Source: an uncultured Candidatus Bathyarchaeia archaeon (GTDB taxonomy: Archaea; Thermoproteota; Bathyarchaeia; Bathyarchaeales; DTEX01). From it: a stretch of 64,000 bases of DNA. The notes beneath the pieces were generated by a model that had not been told where the DNA came from, made no database searches, and worked only from the letters and a program-made list of their open reading frames with translations. Where the stretch lies: contig CAZDRE010000002.1 of NCBI GenBank assembly GCA_964508155.1, positions 92,695 to 156,694 on the forward strand, given 5' to 3'. Positions within the stretch are counted from its first letter, which is position 1, and each line of letters starts with the position of its first letter. Position numbers and translations under genes: made by a program. Below, piece after piece: positions 27,442 to 37,964 of the stretch.

Positions 27442-28398
27442 TTAGCCGCGAAAGATCCTATAGAATGGATGAGTCCTTATTAGTGGTTTTACCCCGAAGT
27501 TCTGGGCTGTGTAGGCGATTATAGCATCGATCATGGCGCATACTGAGAAGATGTTTTTAGCTTTAGCCACTGAGCCGTAGATTATGAAGTCCGCATTCAT
27601 AACCTGCACGATTGTAGCCGCGCCAGCCCGATATAATTTCTTAATTTCCGCATCTAGGCCTTTAGCCTTACTCCATCTTCCTACGACGCCGATTGGAGCG
27701 GTTCCCGTGGGCATACCAAATTTTCTCTTCGCAAGGTATATTCCGTGAGCGGCCCATCCAATGCTCGGAACGTCAAGAACTGGCATGAAGAGTAATGGCT
27801 TCTTGATTCCAGCTTCAAAGGCTCTATTCAATAAGCCTTCCTCTTTAAAATTTCCCTCAAGAAGTGAGATCATCCCGTTTGGACGCGGGTCTCTTGGATT
27901 AAAGGCTTGTATTATCGCGGCTTCTAATCCTGTCTCCCTAATAGCATCTATTTCCTCTTTGCTCAAAGTATAGTTTATCGAGTTGTAAACTGCCCTTTCT
28001 TTCAGGCCTACTTCTACGGCATGCTTCGCGGCAGCTACACGTACAGACATTCTAGGGCCATTTATTAGGAATGGCGCATCAGTAACTTCAGATACAAAGT
28101 CTATGTATCTGATAAGCGCCTCGGGATATTCAGCAACGATATCTAACATGCATGGAACTCCAGTCTTATTTGACATTTCATCCTGCATTCTAATCAATCG
28201 TTCAGCCTTCTTCTTATCAAAGATCCCCAACCGTCTGTCCTTAACTATCTTATGTCCCTCATGAAACAGGCTCCCTACGAGAACCGTAGGTAATTCTCCA
28301 GGCTGACCTCCGATCTTAACACCTCCGATCTCAAAGATCTTCTGTTCCCTTTCGATCCTCAACAATTCGCTGACTTCCCATAAATTGGAAGGCATCAA
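27442..28398 (-). CDS. MtrH-family methyltransferase (tetrahydromethanopterin S-methyltransferase subunit H-like)
   Basis: 318 aa. FEIGGVKIGGQPGELPTVLVGSLFHEGHKIVKDRRLGIFDKKKAERLI...YIDFVSEVTDAPFLI...YNSINY aligns by eye with methanogen MtrH. Confidence 0.8.
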   Translation of the reverse strand: MMPSNLWEVSELLRIEREQKIFEIGGVKIGGQPGELPTVLVGSLFHEGHKIVKDRRLGIFDKKKAERLIRMQDEMSNKTGVPCMLDIVAEYPEALIRYIDFVSEVTDAPFLINGPRMSVRVAAAKHAVEVGLKERAVYNSINYTLSKEEIDAIRETGLEAAIIQAFNPRDPRPNGMISLLEGNFKEEGLLNRAFEAGIKKPLLFMPVLDVPSIGWAAHGIYLAKRKFGMPTGTAPIGVVGRWSKAKGLDAEIKKLYRAGAATIVQVMNADFIIYGSVAKAKNIFSVCAMIDAIIAYTAQNFGVKPLIRTHPFYRIFRG

Positions 28399-28409
28399 CT
28401 TTTAATAAA

Positions 28410-30356
28410 CTATTTGGTGAGGCCAAAAAGAAGTGTTAATATCCTCTGCGCCACTCCTCCAAGCATGATTGCGAAGACTATCTCAACTGTTGTTATGATC
28501 AATGCCCCCTTCCATCCGAGCTCCTTCACGAGAGCCGCTATTGTCGCTATGCAGGGAATATAAAACATCGCAACTATCGTGAAAACTAACATTTGAACTG
28601 GATTCAGGACGCTTGCGAAATCTGTCGTTCCGAAGGCCGTAGCGAGCATGATGAGCATGAGTTCCTTTCTTAGAACTCCGAAGATCAGCATTATGCCGCT
28701 TATTGCTGGAAGTCCAAGCCACAAGATCGTTACTGGACTGAGAAAATCTGCTATTACTCTGAGTAAGCCGAGGAGCTCGGCGAGTTTTATCATGAAGCTT
28801 CCAGCAATTATTAATGGGAATGCTATCTTTATGAACTCCAATAATCTAAACCATGTCTGCTTTAGGACGGTCTTAAGATGCGGAGCTCTATAGTCTGGCA
28901 TCTCCATTATCAGGGCGGTAGGCTCTCCAGGTAAAATCTTAAATGCAAGCCTTCCTAAGGCAAAGATAATAGCTATATTAAGTATATAGAGCAATAGGGC
29001 CCATTTTATTCCGAGAAATCTTCCGACTAAGCCGAAAATTATGACTGAACGAGCAGCGCAGGGAACCAGTGTAGTCACGAATATTGCTAGTATTCTTTCT
29101 CTCATTGTCTCCATTATTCTGCATCCTAGGCATGCTGGAACATTGCAGCCGTATCCGAGCATGAGAGGAATGAAAGCCTTTCCATGTAGTCCCATCTTGT
29201 GCATTATATTGTCCATTAGGAATGCTATTCGGCTGATGTAGCCTGAATCCTCTAGGAGGTAAAGTATGAGGTAAAATGGTGCGATGTATGGTATAGCTAT
29301 CGTTACGCCAGCTATGATCCCCTCAATTATCCCTCCCCAGATCAATCTCTCAATAATTCCCTTACCGAGCAGGCTTACAAGTAGCGGTTCAAGCCCATAA
29401 ATATACTCGCTTAGTATCTCAGACAAGAGATTTCCAAGGGTAAATGTGAGATAAAACATCGAGAATAGTGAGAATACCATTATTGGATATCCTAGGATCC
29501 TATGCGTTGTAATTGTGTGTAGTATCTCTCTTGTGGAGGGCCTCGTTGTAGTTGTGATCTTTTGAACATCGTTAGCAATTCGGCTGGCGACCATATATCT
29601 CTCAGAAGTTATTATCGTTGAGCGGTCATGTCCATGTATCTCCTCAAGTTCTCTTGCAAGTTTCTTTGCAAGAGCCACAGCCTTCGGTTTTTCGCGAATG
29701 ATCTCCCTCTCGATTTCATCGTCCCCCTCAAGTAGCTTTATTGCTAAATATCGCGGAGGATAAGGCGAGTGAATGTTCTTTAGAACCTCAGTCAGTCTGA
29801 CAATTCTCTCCTCAACCTCCTTTCCGTATCTTATTTCAGATGGCCTAACAGAGACTCTTCTCTCAATTACTTCTATGGCCTTCTCTATGAGCTGAAAGAT
29901 CCCGATTCCTTTGATCGCTATTGTGGGAACAACTGGTATTCCAAGGATGTCCTCTAACCTTTTCACATCGATTTCTATACCCTTCTTCTTTGCCATATCC
30001 ATCTGATTTAATGCAATGACCATTGGCGTTTCAAGTTCCATCAACTGCAATGTCAAAAATAGATTTCTCTCCAGAACCGAAGCGTCAATGACATTTATTA
30101 CGACGTCGGGCTTTTCGGTTACGATGTATCTCCTCGCGATAGATTCCTCCAAAGAATATGTGGAGAAGGAATATATGCCCGGCAGATCAATAACGTCTAC
30201 TGTATAACCTTTAAAATGCAAAGTTCCCTCGGCTCTTTCAACAGTCTTTCCAGGCCAATTTCCAATATGCTGATGAAGTCCAGTTAAGTAATTGAATATT
30301 ACAGATTTTCCAACGTTGGCGTTTCCAGCAAGCGCTATTGTTACCTTTTTTCGCAT
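28410..30356 (-). CDS. feoB: ferrous iron transport protein B
   Basis: 648 aa. G domain GNANVGKS / DLPGIYS / NQMD followed by a polytopic membrane domain. Confidence 0.95.
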   Translation of the reverse strand: MRKKVTIALAGNANVGKSVIFNYLTGLHQHIGNWPGKTVERAEGTLHFKGYTVDVIDLPGIYSFSTYSLEESIARRYIVTEKPDVVINVIDASVLERNLFLTLQLMELETPMVIALNQMDMAKKKGIEIDVKRLEDILGIPVVPTIAIKGIGIFQLIEKAIEVIERRVSVRPSEIRYGKEVEERIVRLTEVLKNIHSPYPPRYLAIKLLEGDDEIEREIIREKPKAVALAKKLARELEEIHGHDRSTIITSERYMVASRIANDVQKITTTTRPSTREILHTITTHRILGYPIMVFSLFSMFYLTFTLGNLLSEILSEYIYGLEPLLVSLLGKGIIERLIWGGIIEGIIAGVTIAIPYIAPFYLILYLLEDSGYISRIAFLMDNIMHKMGLHGKAFIPLMLGYGCNVPACLGCRIMETMRERILAIFVTTLVPCAARSVIIFGLVGRFLGIKWALLLYILNIAIIFALGRLAFKILPGEPTALIMEMPDYRAPHLKTVLKQTWFRLLEFIKIAFPLIIAGSFMIKLAELLGLLRVIADFLSPVTILWLGLPAISGIMLIFGVLRKELMLIMLATAFGTTDFASVLNPVQMLVFTIVAMFYIPCIATIAALVKELGWKGALIITTVEIVFAIMLGGVAQRILTLLFGLTK

Positions 30357-30634
30357 CTCCCTTCCTTCTTTACGAATATCCTCTCAGATATTCCCCTGCC
30401 AAGGGCCAATCTTGATCCTCTCACTAAAACCTCTATTGGTCCACGGAATGGAGCGGCCTTTACAACAATGATCCTTGTGCCAGGTGTAAGACCTAAATCT
30501 GCAAGTCTCTTCTCAAATCCCCATCTTTTACCATACCCGCTACTAGATATAGATACGATTATTCCAGCTTCTCCATCTTTTAGCGCGGTTAATGGAATTT
30601 CATAGTTCCCCAATTTTCCACTCATCTTCTTCAT
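30341..30634 (-). CDS. feoA: FeoA domain protein
   Basis: 97 aa SH3-like FeoA pattern (RLADLGLTPGTRIIVV..GPIEVLVRGSRLALGRG). Overlaps the feoB start by 16 nt. Confidence 0.8.
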   Translation of the reverse strand: MKKMSGKLGNYEIPLTALKDGEAGIIVSISSSGYGKRWGFEKRLADLGLTPGTRIIVVKAAPFRGPIEVLVRGSRLALGRGISERIFVKKEGRCEKR

Positions 30635-30808
30635 GGTCGAATCGTCCTCTTCTATGATAGGGGTATTCCTTAATCTCCATTAACCCAACCATGTAATCAG
30701 CATCTTTTTAACAGACTTTAAACTTTACCTTCTATAGAGGTCTCATATATTATATTAGCCCTTCCCTTATGCCAAGGTCTCGAAAAGATATTAAAGTCTA
30801 ATAGAGCA

Positions 30809-31849
30809 TTATTGATGTACTTGATTCTCCTCTTCTGCGATCGCTCTCCTTAAATTCAAGGAAGCTTCTTCTGGAGAAAATACATTTATGTAGATGCCCG
30901 TGCTCTTTTCAAACCCCGCCCATATAGACAATCTAGGGTATACTTCAATGTGCCAATGGAAATATTCGTTTGGGATCATGTGGAAGGCGAAGTTGTATGG
31001 TGGATCACTCAATAGGCTCTTCAACGCGCCAAAGCACGTTCTCATGGTTGTAGCCAAATCATCGACCTCCTTCTGTGTCATATCCAGTATTGTTGATTGA
31101 TGCCTTTTTGGGAAGATCCAGAACTCGAACGGATGCATACTCGCCCAAGGAGCGAAGACTATAAAGCTATTATTTTCCCAGATGAAGCGAGCGCTCTCTT
31201 TCTCTTTTCTAATAATCTCGCAAAATATACATTTTCCAGTCTCATTTAAATACTCCTTAGCTCCCTCCATTTCTTCTCTCATTATTCTCGGCAATATCGG
31301 GGTCGCAATAATCTGCGTATGAGCATGTGAGAGAGACGCTCCCGCCTCAGATCCATGATTTCTAAAGATCGAAACATACTTAACGTATTCTTTCGATGAA
31401 AGATCCTTGAATCTGTCTATATACGCGTTTATTATAAGAGTTAATTGTTTGATTCTCGCCGTTCCCGGATGTTCATCATGTATCGGAGACTCTATAATCA
31501 CTTCATGATGGCCATAAGCAGGAAGAGACTTTAAGAACTTATTCTCCTTTCTTTTCTTTTTATCTATTGGATGCGTGAAGGCTGGATATAGGTTTGGGAC
31601 GCATCTAACCATCCAATTGCTATGTCGAGATCCGTCGCGATCTCTGTCCTTGATTAGTCTTCCATTATCTCTCAGATAAACTAGGACTGCAGGTGGAGTC
31701 ATATTCTCATTGCCGGGGCAGAATGGACATGAAGAAATTTTCTTCTTCCTCTTGGCCCTGATAAAGTCCGATGGTCTCCGCCTTCTTTGAGTTGCTATTA
31801 CGACCCAACGGTCTAGAATATAATCTTTCCTTAACTCATTGTTAGACAT
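30809..31849 (-). CDS. GalT-family HIT nucleotidyltransferase (galactose-1-phosphate uridylyltransferase / NDP-hexose phosphorylase-like)
   Basis: 346 aa. Zinc knuckle CPFCPGNE, active-site SHAHTQ (HxHxQ), and a duplicated HIT-like half. Confidence 0.85.
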   Translation of the reverse strand: MSNNELRKDYILDRWVVIATQRRRRPSDFIRAKRKKKISSCPFCPGNENMTPPAVLVYLRDNGRLIKDRDRDGSRHSNWMVRCVPNLYPAFTHPIDKKKRKENKFLKSLPAYGHHEVIIESPIHDEHPGTARIKQLTLIINAYIDRFKDLSSKEYVKYVSIFRNHGSEAGASLSHAHTQIIATPILPRIMREEMEGAKEYLNETGKCIFCEIIRKEKESARFIWENNSFIVFAPWASMHPFEFWIFPKRHQSTILDMTQKEVDDLATTMRTCFGALKSLLSDPPYNFAFHMIPNEYFHWHIEVYPRLSIWAGFEKSTGIYINVFSPEEASLNLRRAIAEEENQVHQ

Positions 31850-31895
31850 TGATGATCCACTCGATACTCTTCACCAGTCTCTTTCATTTGAATAC

Positions 31896-32258
31896 TCATT
31901 TTTGCGTATCTAAAAGAGCTCTCAGCTGGTTTATGCGTCTGCGGATCTTCATCTTCAGCATGGTCCTCAACTTCTTATTTTTAAGGGATCTATCGATCGA
32001 GCCTATCATATCTGCGAGGCGGGAGTCTCCGAGCACTTCTCTCACCCACCTCTCAAAGTCTCCTCTTATAAGATGAAACTCTAAAGATTTTGAAGGTACA
32101 ATGCTTATCTTCCCGTAAAAGTCTTCTAGGCTCCTTGCAGATATGCCAGTGTATCTTCCAATATCCAAAAAGAAATAGAACGCCTTTTCATGCGGCGTAG
32201 TTCTCATTACATACTCAGGATTTACTTCATCTTTAAATTTCATTCTACCCATTTTCAT
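31896..32258 (-). CDS. stand-alone copy of the domain found at the GH57 C-terminus (possibly DUF5752-like)
   Basis: 120 aa. Residues 24-112 align with GH57 residues 422-510 at about 40 of 89 identical positions in my hand alignment, including FHxxRGDFERW.R.V.G...LAD. Confidence 0.6.
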   Translation of the reverse strand: MKMGRMKFKDEVNPEYVMRTTPHEKAFYFFLDIGRYTGISARSLEDFYGKISIVPSKSLEFHLIRGDFERWVREVLGDSRLADMIGSIDRSLKNKKLRTMLKMKIRRRINQLRALLDTQK

Positions 32259-32338
32259 TCCTTCTACTTCTATTAGGTGCTCATATGTCCTCAGAATTAA
32301 TCTGCAAGATACTAATGATTGGGAAGTAATAAGGATTC

Positions 32339-33754
32339 CTAAATCTGTGATACTTTAGGCAATAATAGATCACTGAGGTCGCTTGATATATCATCTACGC
32401 GCCCATCGAGAAGATAGGAATATATCTCTTTATGCGCATCTGCTCTTTTCTCCCAGTCCCAAATCTTAATTGTAGATTCCCTAGCATTTTCTGCTATTTC
32501 CTCCATATTTCTACCCTTATATTCACCCTTGTATAGCTGAAGGATCTTCTCAGCAGTCTCTCGGACATCATATGGGTTTATCCATATGCCGTTAAATCCA
32601 TCTTCAACCTTTTCACGCAGTCCCCCCATTCCAACGGCTGGAATAACTCCGCATGCCATTGCCTCTAGATCAACCTGTCCCTGTGGTTCATATCTTGATG
32701 GAACGAGGAGTAGATCCCAAGAGTTTATAACTTTGATCTTCTCATCTCCGGTATAAAAGGTATTGTCTAGTAAGATTACATCATTAAGTTTCATCTGATG
32801 AATCTTTCTTACAAGGTCTAGGTATGTAGGATTGTGCGGATCAGCCTTTGTAACTATGTGGAACTTTATGTCCGGTATTTTCTTAATGAGGATCGAAGCC
32901 AGATCCGGTATTATATCCATTCCCTTAACGGCCGTGCATCTTCCAATGAAGCCTATTTTGAAGCCTTCCTTCTCGACGTTCGATAGTGGCCTATACTCAC
33001 TCGTATCTACACCATGATATATTGCGAAGACTCTATCCTCAACCTCTCCAAACCGCATTCCATGAGCCTTCAAGCCAAATAGATACTCTTTCCGATGAAT
33101 TTGGCTTACGGTAAATAGCGCTGAATATGGAAGCCTGCGTAGAATCTTGAATGTTAAGGGAAACTCCAAGTCCCTTATTAATCTAAGCCCCTGATAGAAT
33201 GCCCCTGGATATCCCTTATCTCCAAGGTCAAACTCCCTTAGGCTAAGTTTTTTAGATGTTCCATTCAAGTTCATGTGTCTAAGGCCTCCCTGCCTTCCCG
33301 GCTCCGTTGAATGTATAAATATTGCTTGGGTTAAGTCTGGATGGAGCCAAGCGAAGAGTCCGCTTCTCAGAAATGACATCCAATCATGAGGGGAGAAGAG
33401 GTCTGCAAGTGCCATTCTGTAGGGAGAGGGGACAACGGCGAAATTTGTGAAGTATCTTGGAACGGCATATATCTCTGAGGGGGAAAGATAGCTAACATCT
33501 ATTCCATATTGATGAAGGATGTCATATGTCCATGCGTAGGCCACATCCAAATCGATGTCTGAAGAAGGTCTTCTTATGATAACCCCCTTATAATGCTCCC
33601 GAATTGGCAAGTCCTGCCTAAAATGCATCGAGAAGGTCTTAACGTCAAACCCCCTATTTACAAGTCTGGGATACAAGTTATTGTGGAATGTGGCTAGGCC
33701 GCCAACTGCGCCTACTCCAGCCTCGTAGGAGTCCACTCTTAAATTTACTACCAT
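32339..33754 (-). CDS. GT-B glycosyltransferase, glycogen/starch synthase-like
   Basis: 471 aa. N-terminal glycine loop GVGAVGGLATF and C-terminal PSRYEPQGQVDLEAMACGVIPAVGMGGLREKV (E-x7-E type). Confidence 0.7.
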   Translation of the reverse strand: MVVNLRVDSYEAGVGAVGGLATFHNNLYPRLVNRGFDVKTFSMHFRQDLPIREHYKGVIIRRPSSDIDLDVAYAWTYDILHQYGIDVSYLSPSEIYAVPRYFTNFAVVPSPYRMALADLFSPHDWMSFLRSGLFAWLHPDLTQAIFIHSTEPGRQGGLRHMNLNGTSKKLSLREFDLGDKGYPGAFYQGLRLIRDLEFPLTFKILRRLPYSALFTVSQIHRKEYLFGLKAHGMRFGEVEDRVFAIYHGVDTSEYRPLSNVEKEGFKIGFIGRCTAVKGMDIIPDLASILIKKIPDIKFHIVTKADPHNPTYLDLVRKIHQMKLNDVILLDNTFYTGDEKIKVINSWDLLLVPSRYEPQGQVDLEAMACGVIPAVGMGGLREKVEDGFNGIWINPYDVRETAEKILQLYKGEYKGRNMEEIAENARESTIKIWDWEKRADAHKEIYSYLLDGRVDDISSDLSDLLLPKVSQI

Positions 33755-33930
33755 TGTTCCTCATCCAGCATTTAGGATTGTTCAGTAATTTAAAGGCTTC
33801 TCAGTAATTAATTGGATTTGCTGATTTATTGGGATTATGAATTGTGGGTCTATAAGCATAAAATGAGTAATTCGCTGTTGAATAGAAAAAGTCTAATATT
33901 CTAAGAGAGATACAATTTAGGATTAATGGT

Positions 33931-34215
33931 GTGGCTATGCAGTATGGGTTGCTGATGAAGATGCCGAATACCGACGAAATACCTGATGATATCCGTTTTC
34001 TAACGCTTCTGCATAATATTGGGGCTATATCCCCTGAGAGATCTCTCTCGATCGAGGAGATATCAAGATGGGCCGCGATTGGGCCTCATGAAGTAAGGGA
34101 GAAGCTCCTGAAATTATCGAGTAAAAGATACGTTGATTTCTGTATCAGCGGAAATGTAAGGAGATATTATGTGACCGTTGAAGGCATGAGAAAGGTATTG
34201 AGCACCTACAGTTAA
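33931..34215 (+). CDS. small winged-helix regulator, hypothetical
   Basis: 94 aa. LSIEEISRWAAIGPHEVREKLLKLSSKRYV is HTH-like. Divergent from the GT gene and immediately upstream of the debranching enzyme gene. Confidence 0.5.
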   Translation: MAMQYGLLMKMPNTDEIPDDIRFLTLLHNIGAISPERSLSIEEISRWAAIGPHEVREKLLKLSSKRYVDFCISGNVRRYYVTVEGMRKVLSTYS

Positions 34216-34265
34216 ATCCATAAATATGAATGCTATATTAGCCTTTAACTTTAAGTGGATGAATC

Positions 34266-36362
34266 TTGAACTACAGTCTTCCCTGTATGTATTTCAGTTC
34301 AGAAGTAATTTCTAAATTTGATGATGCAATAAGATTCGAGTGGATCTTAACTAATGGTCTTGGAGGATATTCCTCCTCAACGATAATCGGCGTGAACACA
34401 AGAAAATTTCATGGTTTACTCTTTATCCCGCTTAATCCCCCTACGAATAGGCATCTACTTCTATCTAAGATTGATGAGGAGATACTCGTAGGTGGAGTTA
34501 CCTATCCATTAGGTTCAAATCAATTCAGAGACGCCGTCTACCCCGAGGGATATCGCAATCTCAAGGGATTCGCAATGAATCCGTTCCCAAGCTTCTACTA
34601 TCAAGTCCATGAAGTCTACTTGAAAAAGGAGATCTTCATGCCCCGCTACGAAAATGCTGTGATACTACGCTATGATATCCTCAACTGTCTCGATGAAGAT
34701 GTGACGCTTCAATTATATCCCCTATTAGATATGCGCCATTTTTACGATACTACTAGAAAGGGCGATTTTCAAGTATTTACGGAGACAACTTCAAATGGAG
34801 TTATCATGGAATTTTCGCCTAAAAGGGCATTCTTGGCTCTATCATTAATCAATGGTGTCTATTTAAGTGGAGAGGACATATGGATCGAGCAGATATACTT
34901 TAAGAATGATGATATGCGGGGTGAAAGCTGCCTTAACGATTGTCTGCAAAAGGGCACGTTCAGAGTAAACCTAAAACCGAAGAGTAGAGCTCTCATATAT
35001 CTATTGGGAGCTGGCGGGATCAAAAGAGAGGAAGTCATCTCATTCCTTTCCAGATTTGGCGAAAAAGATCAGCTGGAAGCCTCATATTCCAAGGAAAGAA
35101 GTCGCAGAGAAGATCTGCTGAGGGATTTCTATTCCAGGACTGGTGCGAAACGTTATGATTGGCTTAGCTGGCTCATTCTGTCAGCAGATTCATTCATCGT
35201 TTTAAGGAGGAGATTAGAACGGAAGTCGATAATAGCCGGTTATCACTGGTTTGAAGATTGGGGGCGAGATACGCTCATCTCACTTCACGGATTGACATTA
35301 GCTACCAGGAGATTCTCAGACGCCGAGGAGATCCTCCTGACCTTCGCCGAACACTCTGAGAACGGCTTGCTTCCAAGCCGCTTTCCAGATAAAGCAAGCG
35401 GCTCACCCGAATATTATTCAGTCGATGCTTCTCTTTGGTTCTTTAATGCCATTCTCCAATATATCAAATATACTGGTAATTATCGATTTGTGTATAGGCA
35501 TCTGTGGGATCTAATGCAGGATATGATTGAACGTCATATAGAGGGTAGGACGCCGCTTAATATTAGAATGGATAGTGACGGCCTCATCTTTCATGGGCCG
35601 AGACTTACATGGATGGATGCCGCTGTAAACTCTTTCCCTGTGACTCCGAGAGAAGGAAAAGCTGTTGAAGTTCAGGCATTATGGTATAACTCCTTAAAGC
35701 TGATGGAGGTTCTCTCATACAAGTTCGGCTCTTACAGCCGATCGGAAGATTATCGCGTATTGGCTCTGCGTGCAAAGAGGAGCTTTAATGAGAAATTCTG
35801 GTATAAGGATGGCGGATACCTCTATGATGTCGTATGTGATGGTATGAGCGATGCCTCGCTCCGTCCAAATCAGATAATCGCGGTATATCTGGACTTTCCA
35901 ATAGTAGAAGATCGATCTAGATCAAGAAGTGTGGTGGAGGCCGTATGGAAGTGGCTATTAACTCCCTATGGCCTAAGATCCCTCTCGCCAGATGATCCGA
36001 GATACATGGGAGTCTACAGCGGTGGATTCTCAAGTCGAGATAGGGCCTACCACAATGGAACGGTATGGGCGTGGCTGCTCGGCCCCTTCATAACGGCTTT
36101 CCTAAAGGTTAACGGGCATGAAGCATACTGGAGGAGATTCGCATTTGAAAGATTCCTTAAATCGCTCTTTCAAGTGGAGGTCTTTAGAGCTGGTCTTGGA
36201 ACATTAAGCGAGATATTCGATGGTGATCCGCCTCATCATCCCAGAGGATGCATATCTCAAGCTTGGAGCGTAGCTGAGCCTCTCAGGGCATATATCGAGG
36301 ATATCCTTTTCATCAGACCTCCGCATGAAATGGAGTTTCATAATATGGGTTTACAAAGATAA
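34266..36362 (+). CDS. glycogen debranching enzyme, archaeal type (amylo-alpha-1,6-glucosidase domain)
   Basis: 698 aa. N-terminal GDE_N-like region (EWILTNGLGGYSSSTIIGVNTRKFHGLL), GYHWFEDWGRDTLISLHGL, AYHNGTVWAWLLGPF. Confidence 0.9.
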   Translation: MNYSLPCMYFSSEVISKFDDAIRFEWILTNGLGGYSSSTIIGVNTRKFHGLLFIPLNPPTNRHLLLSKIDEEILVGGVTYPLGSNQFRDAVYPEGYRNLKGFAMNPFPSFYYQVHEVYLKKEIFMPRYENAVILRYDILNCLDEDVTLQLYPLLDMRHFYDTTRKGDFQVFTETTSNGVIMEFSPKRAFLALSLINGVYLSGEDIWIEQIYFKNDDMRGESCLNDCLQKGTFRVNLKPKSRALIYLLGAGGIKREEVISFLSRFGEKDQLEASYSKERSRREDLLRDFYSRTGAKRYDWLSWLILSADSFIVLRRRLERKSIIAGYHWFEDWGRDTLISLHGLTLATRRFSDAEEILLTFAEHSENGLLPSRFPDKASGSPEYYSVDASLWFFNAILQYIKYTGNYRFVYRHLWDLMQDMIERHIEGRTPLNIRMDSDGLIFHGPRLTWMDAAVNSFPVTPREGKAVEVQALWYNSLKLMEVLSYKFGSYSRSEDYRVLALRAKRSFNEKFWYKDGGYLYDVVCDGMSDASLRPNQIIAVYLDFPIVEDRSRSRSVVEAVWKWLLTPYGLRSLSPDDPRYMGVYSGGFSSRDRAYHNGTVWAWLLGPFITAFLKVNGHEAYWRRFAFERFLKSLFQVEVFRAGLGTLSEIFDGDPPHHPRGCISQAWSVAEPLRAYIEDILFIRPPHEMEFHNMGLQR

Positions 36363-36398
36363 ATTGGTGTAGCTCTTCAGTTAGATGAGGCTTGGAAT

Positions 36399-37949
36399 AT
36401 GACTGATATATGCTTGATATTTGAGGTTCATCAGCCATTCAGGCTTAATCGCAGGTTCTCGAGAGAATTACTCTCTTCTCCAAGAGGATCTGCGGATCTC
36501 TTCGAGTTATATTTCGATCTGGATCTGAATAGGAGGATCTTTGATCGCATATCAAGGGAGTGCTATCTACCCGCAAACAAAGTCTTGTTGAATCTGATCG
36601 AAGAATTTAGGAACAGGGATAGAAAGTTTAAGGTTTCCTTCAGTCTCTCCGGGATTTTTCTTGAGCAATGTGAGATGTGGCATCCCGAGGTCTTAGAATC
36701 TTTTAAGGAGATCGTCAAGTCAGGATGCTGCGAGCTTCTCTGCCAAACATATTATCATTCTCTTTCGAGCTTCATCTCGAATGCGGAGTTTATTGAGCAG
36801 ATAAGGATGCATCGGAAGGCCATTAAGGAGGTCTTTAATTTTGAGCCACGCGTCTTCGAGAATACAGAGTGCATCTATAATAATAGGATAGCGAAAATGG
36901 CTGAGCGGTTGGGCTTCGAGGCAGTAGTTACTGAAGGATCTGAAAGGATTTTGGGATGGAGGAAGCCGAATTACATTTATAGGGCGAAGGATTCAAGGAT
37001 CCGTTTGCTTCTCAGAAATTATAGGCTCTCAGATGATATAGGCTTTCGTTTCTCATCTCGAGAATGGGATGAATGGCCCCTCACAGCGGATAAATATGCA
37101 TGCTGGCTTGCATACACGCCGGGAGATGTAATAGTCATATTCATAGATTACGAGACTTTCGGGGAGCACTATCGACGTGAAAGCGGAATATTCGATTTCC
37201 TAGAGTGGCTTCCAAGGGAGATCCTAAGGTGGAGTAATCTATCCTTTTCTACGCCCAGCGAAGTGATCAGGCGGTATTACCCAGTAGATGTCATAGATGT
37301 ATCTGAAGATGAGACCGTATCATGGGCTGATCTAGAGCGGGATTTAAGCGCATGGCTTGGAAATACGATGCAGAATGCCTCATTCAACCTTCTGAAGGAG
37401 ATGGAGCCTATCGTAAAAGCGATTGGAGATGGCGATTTCATTAGGATCTGGCGTTACCTTCAGGCGAGCGATCATTTCTATTATATGTGCACTAAAGGGG
37501 GAGGTTCAGGCGATGTTCACAACGCATTTAATCCATATTTCAGTCCGGTAGAGGCATTCGCGGTCTTTATTAGGATACTATCAGATTTTCAGTCTAGGCT
37601 TTATCTCAAGTCTGAGAGGCCTGAATTTCGCCATAAGCTTATACTCAGGAGGGTCTCACCTGAGAAGGGCTTCACCTTTTATATTGACTTTTCAAAGCCT
37701 ACGGGACTAACCGCATATAGCCTCCACGATTTCTACTCGATATTAAGGACTATAAGCGAGGAATCGATTAGGTTTCACATGGCTAGAGGAGATTTTGAAC
37801 GATGGATTCGTCAGGTCATAGGTTACCGCGAGCTGGCGGACGAGATCTCCAAGATCGATGATATTGAGGATGGGAATACGCTGCGTCGCAGATTATTAGA
37901 TATACTCGGCAGGAGGATAAACAAGTTAGAGAAGAACGCGAAGGGATGA
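36399..37949 (+). CDS. glycoside hydrolase family 57 enzyme with extra C-terminal domain
   Basis: 516 aa. IFEVHQPFRLN start and FIDYETFGEH (AmyC-like GH57). The C-terminal roughly 95 aa are homologous to ORF 31896-32258. Confidence 0.9.
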   Translation: MTDICLIFEVHQPFRLNRRFSRELLSSPRGSADLFELYFDLDLNRRIFDRISRECYLPANKVLLNLIEEFRNRDRKFKVSFSLSGIFLEQCEMWHPEVLESFKEIVKSGCCELLCQTYYHSLSSFISNAEFIEQIRMHRKAIKEVFNFEPRVFENTECIYNNRIAKMAERLGFEAVVTEGSERILGWRKPNYIYRAKDSRIRLLLRNYRLSDDIGFRFSSREWDEWPLTADKYACWLAYTPGDVIVIFIDYETFGEHYRRESGIFDFLEWLPREILRWSNLSFSTPSEVIRRYYPVDVIDVSEDETVSWADLERDLSAWLGNTMQNASFNLLKEMEPIVKAIGDGDFIRIWRYLQASDHFYYMCTKGGGSGDVHNAFNPYFSPVEAFAVFIRILSDFQSRLYLKSERPEFRHKLILRRVSPEKGFTFYIDFSKPTGLTAYSLHDFYSILRTISEESIRFHMARGDFERWIRQVIGYRELADEISKIDDIEDGNTLRRRLLDILGRRINKLEKNAKG

Positions 37950-37964
37950 TAGATATCTCACGTT

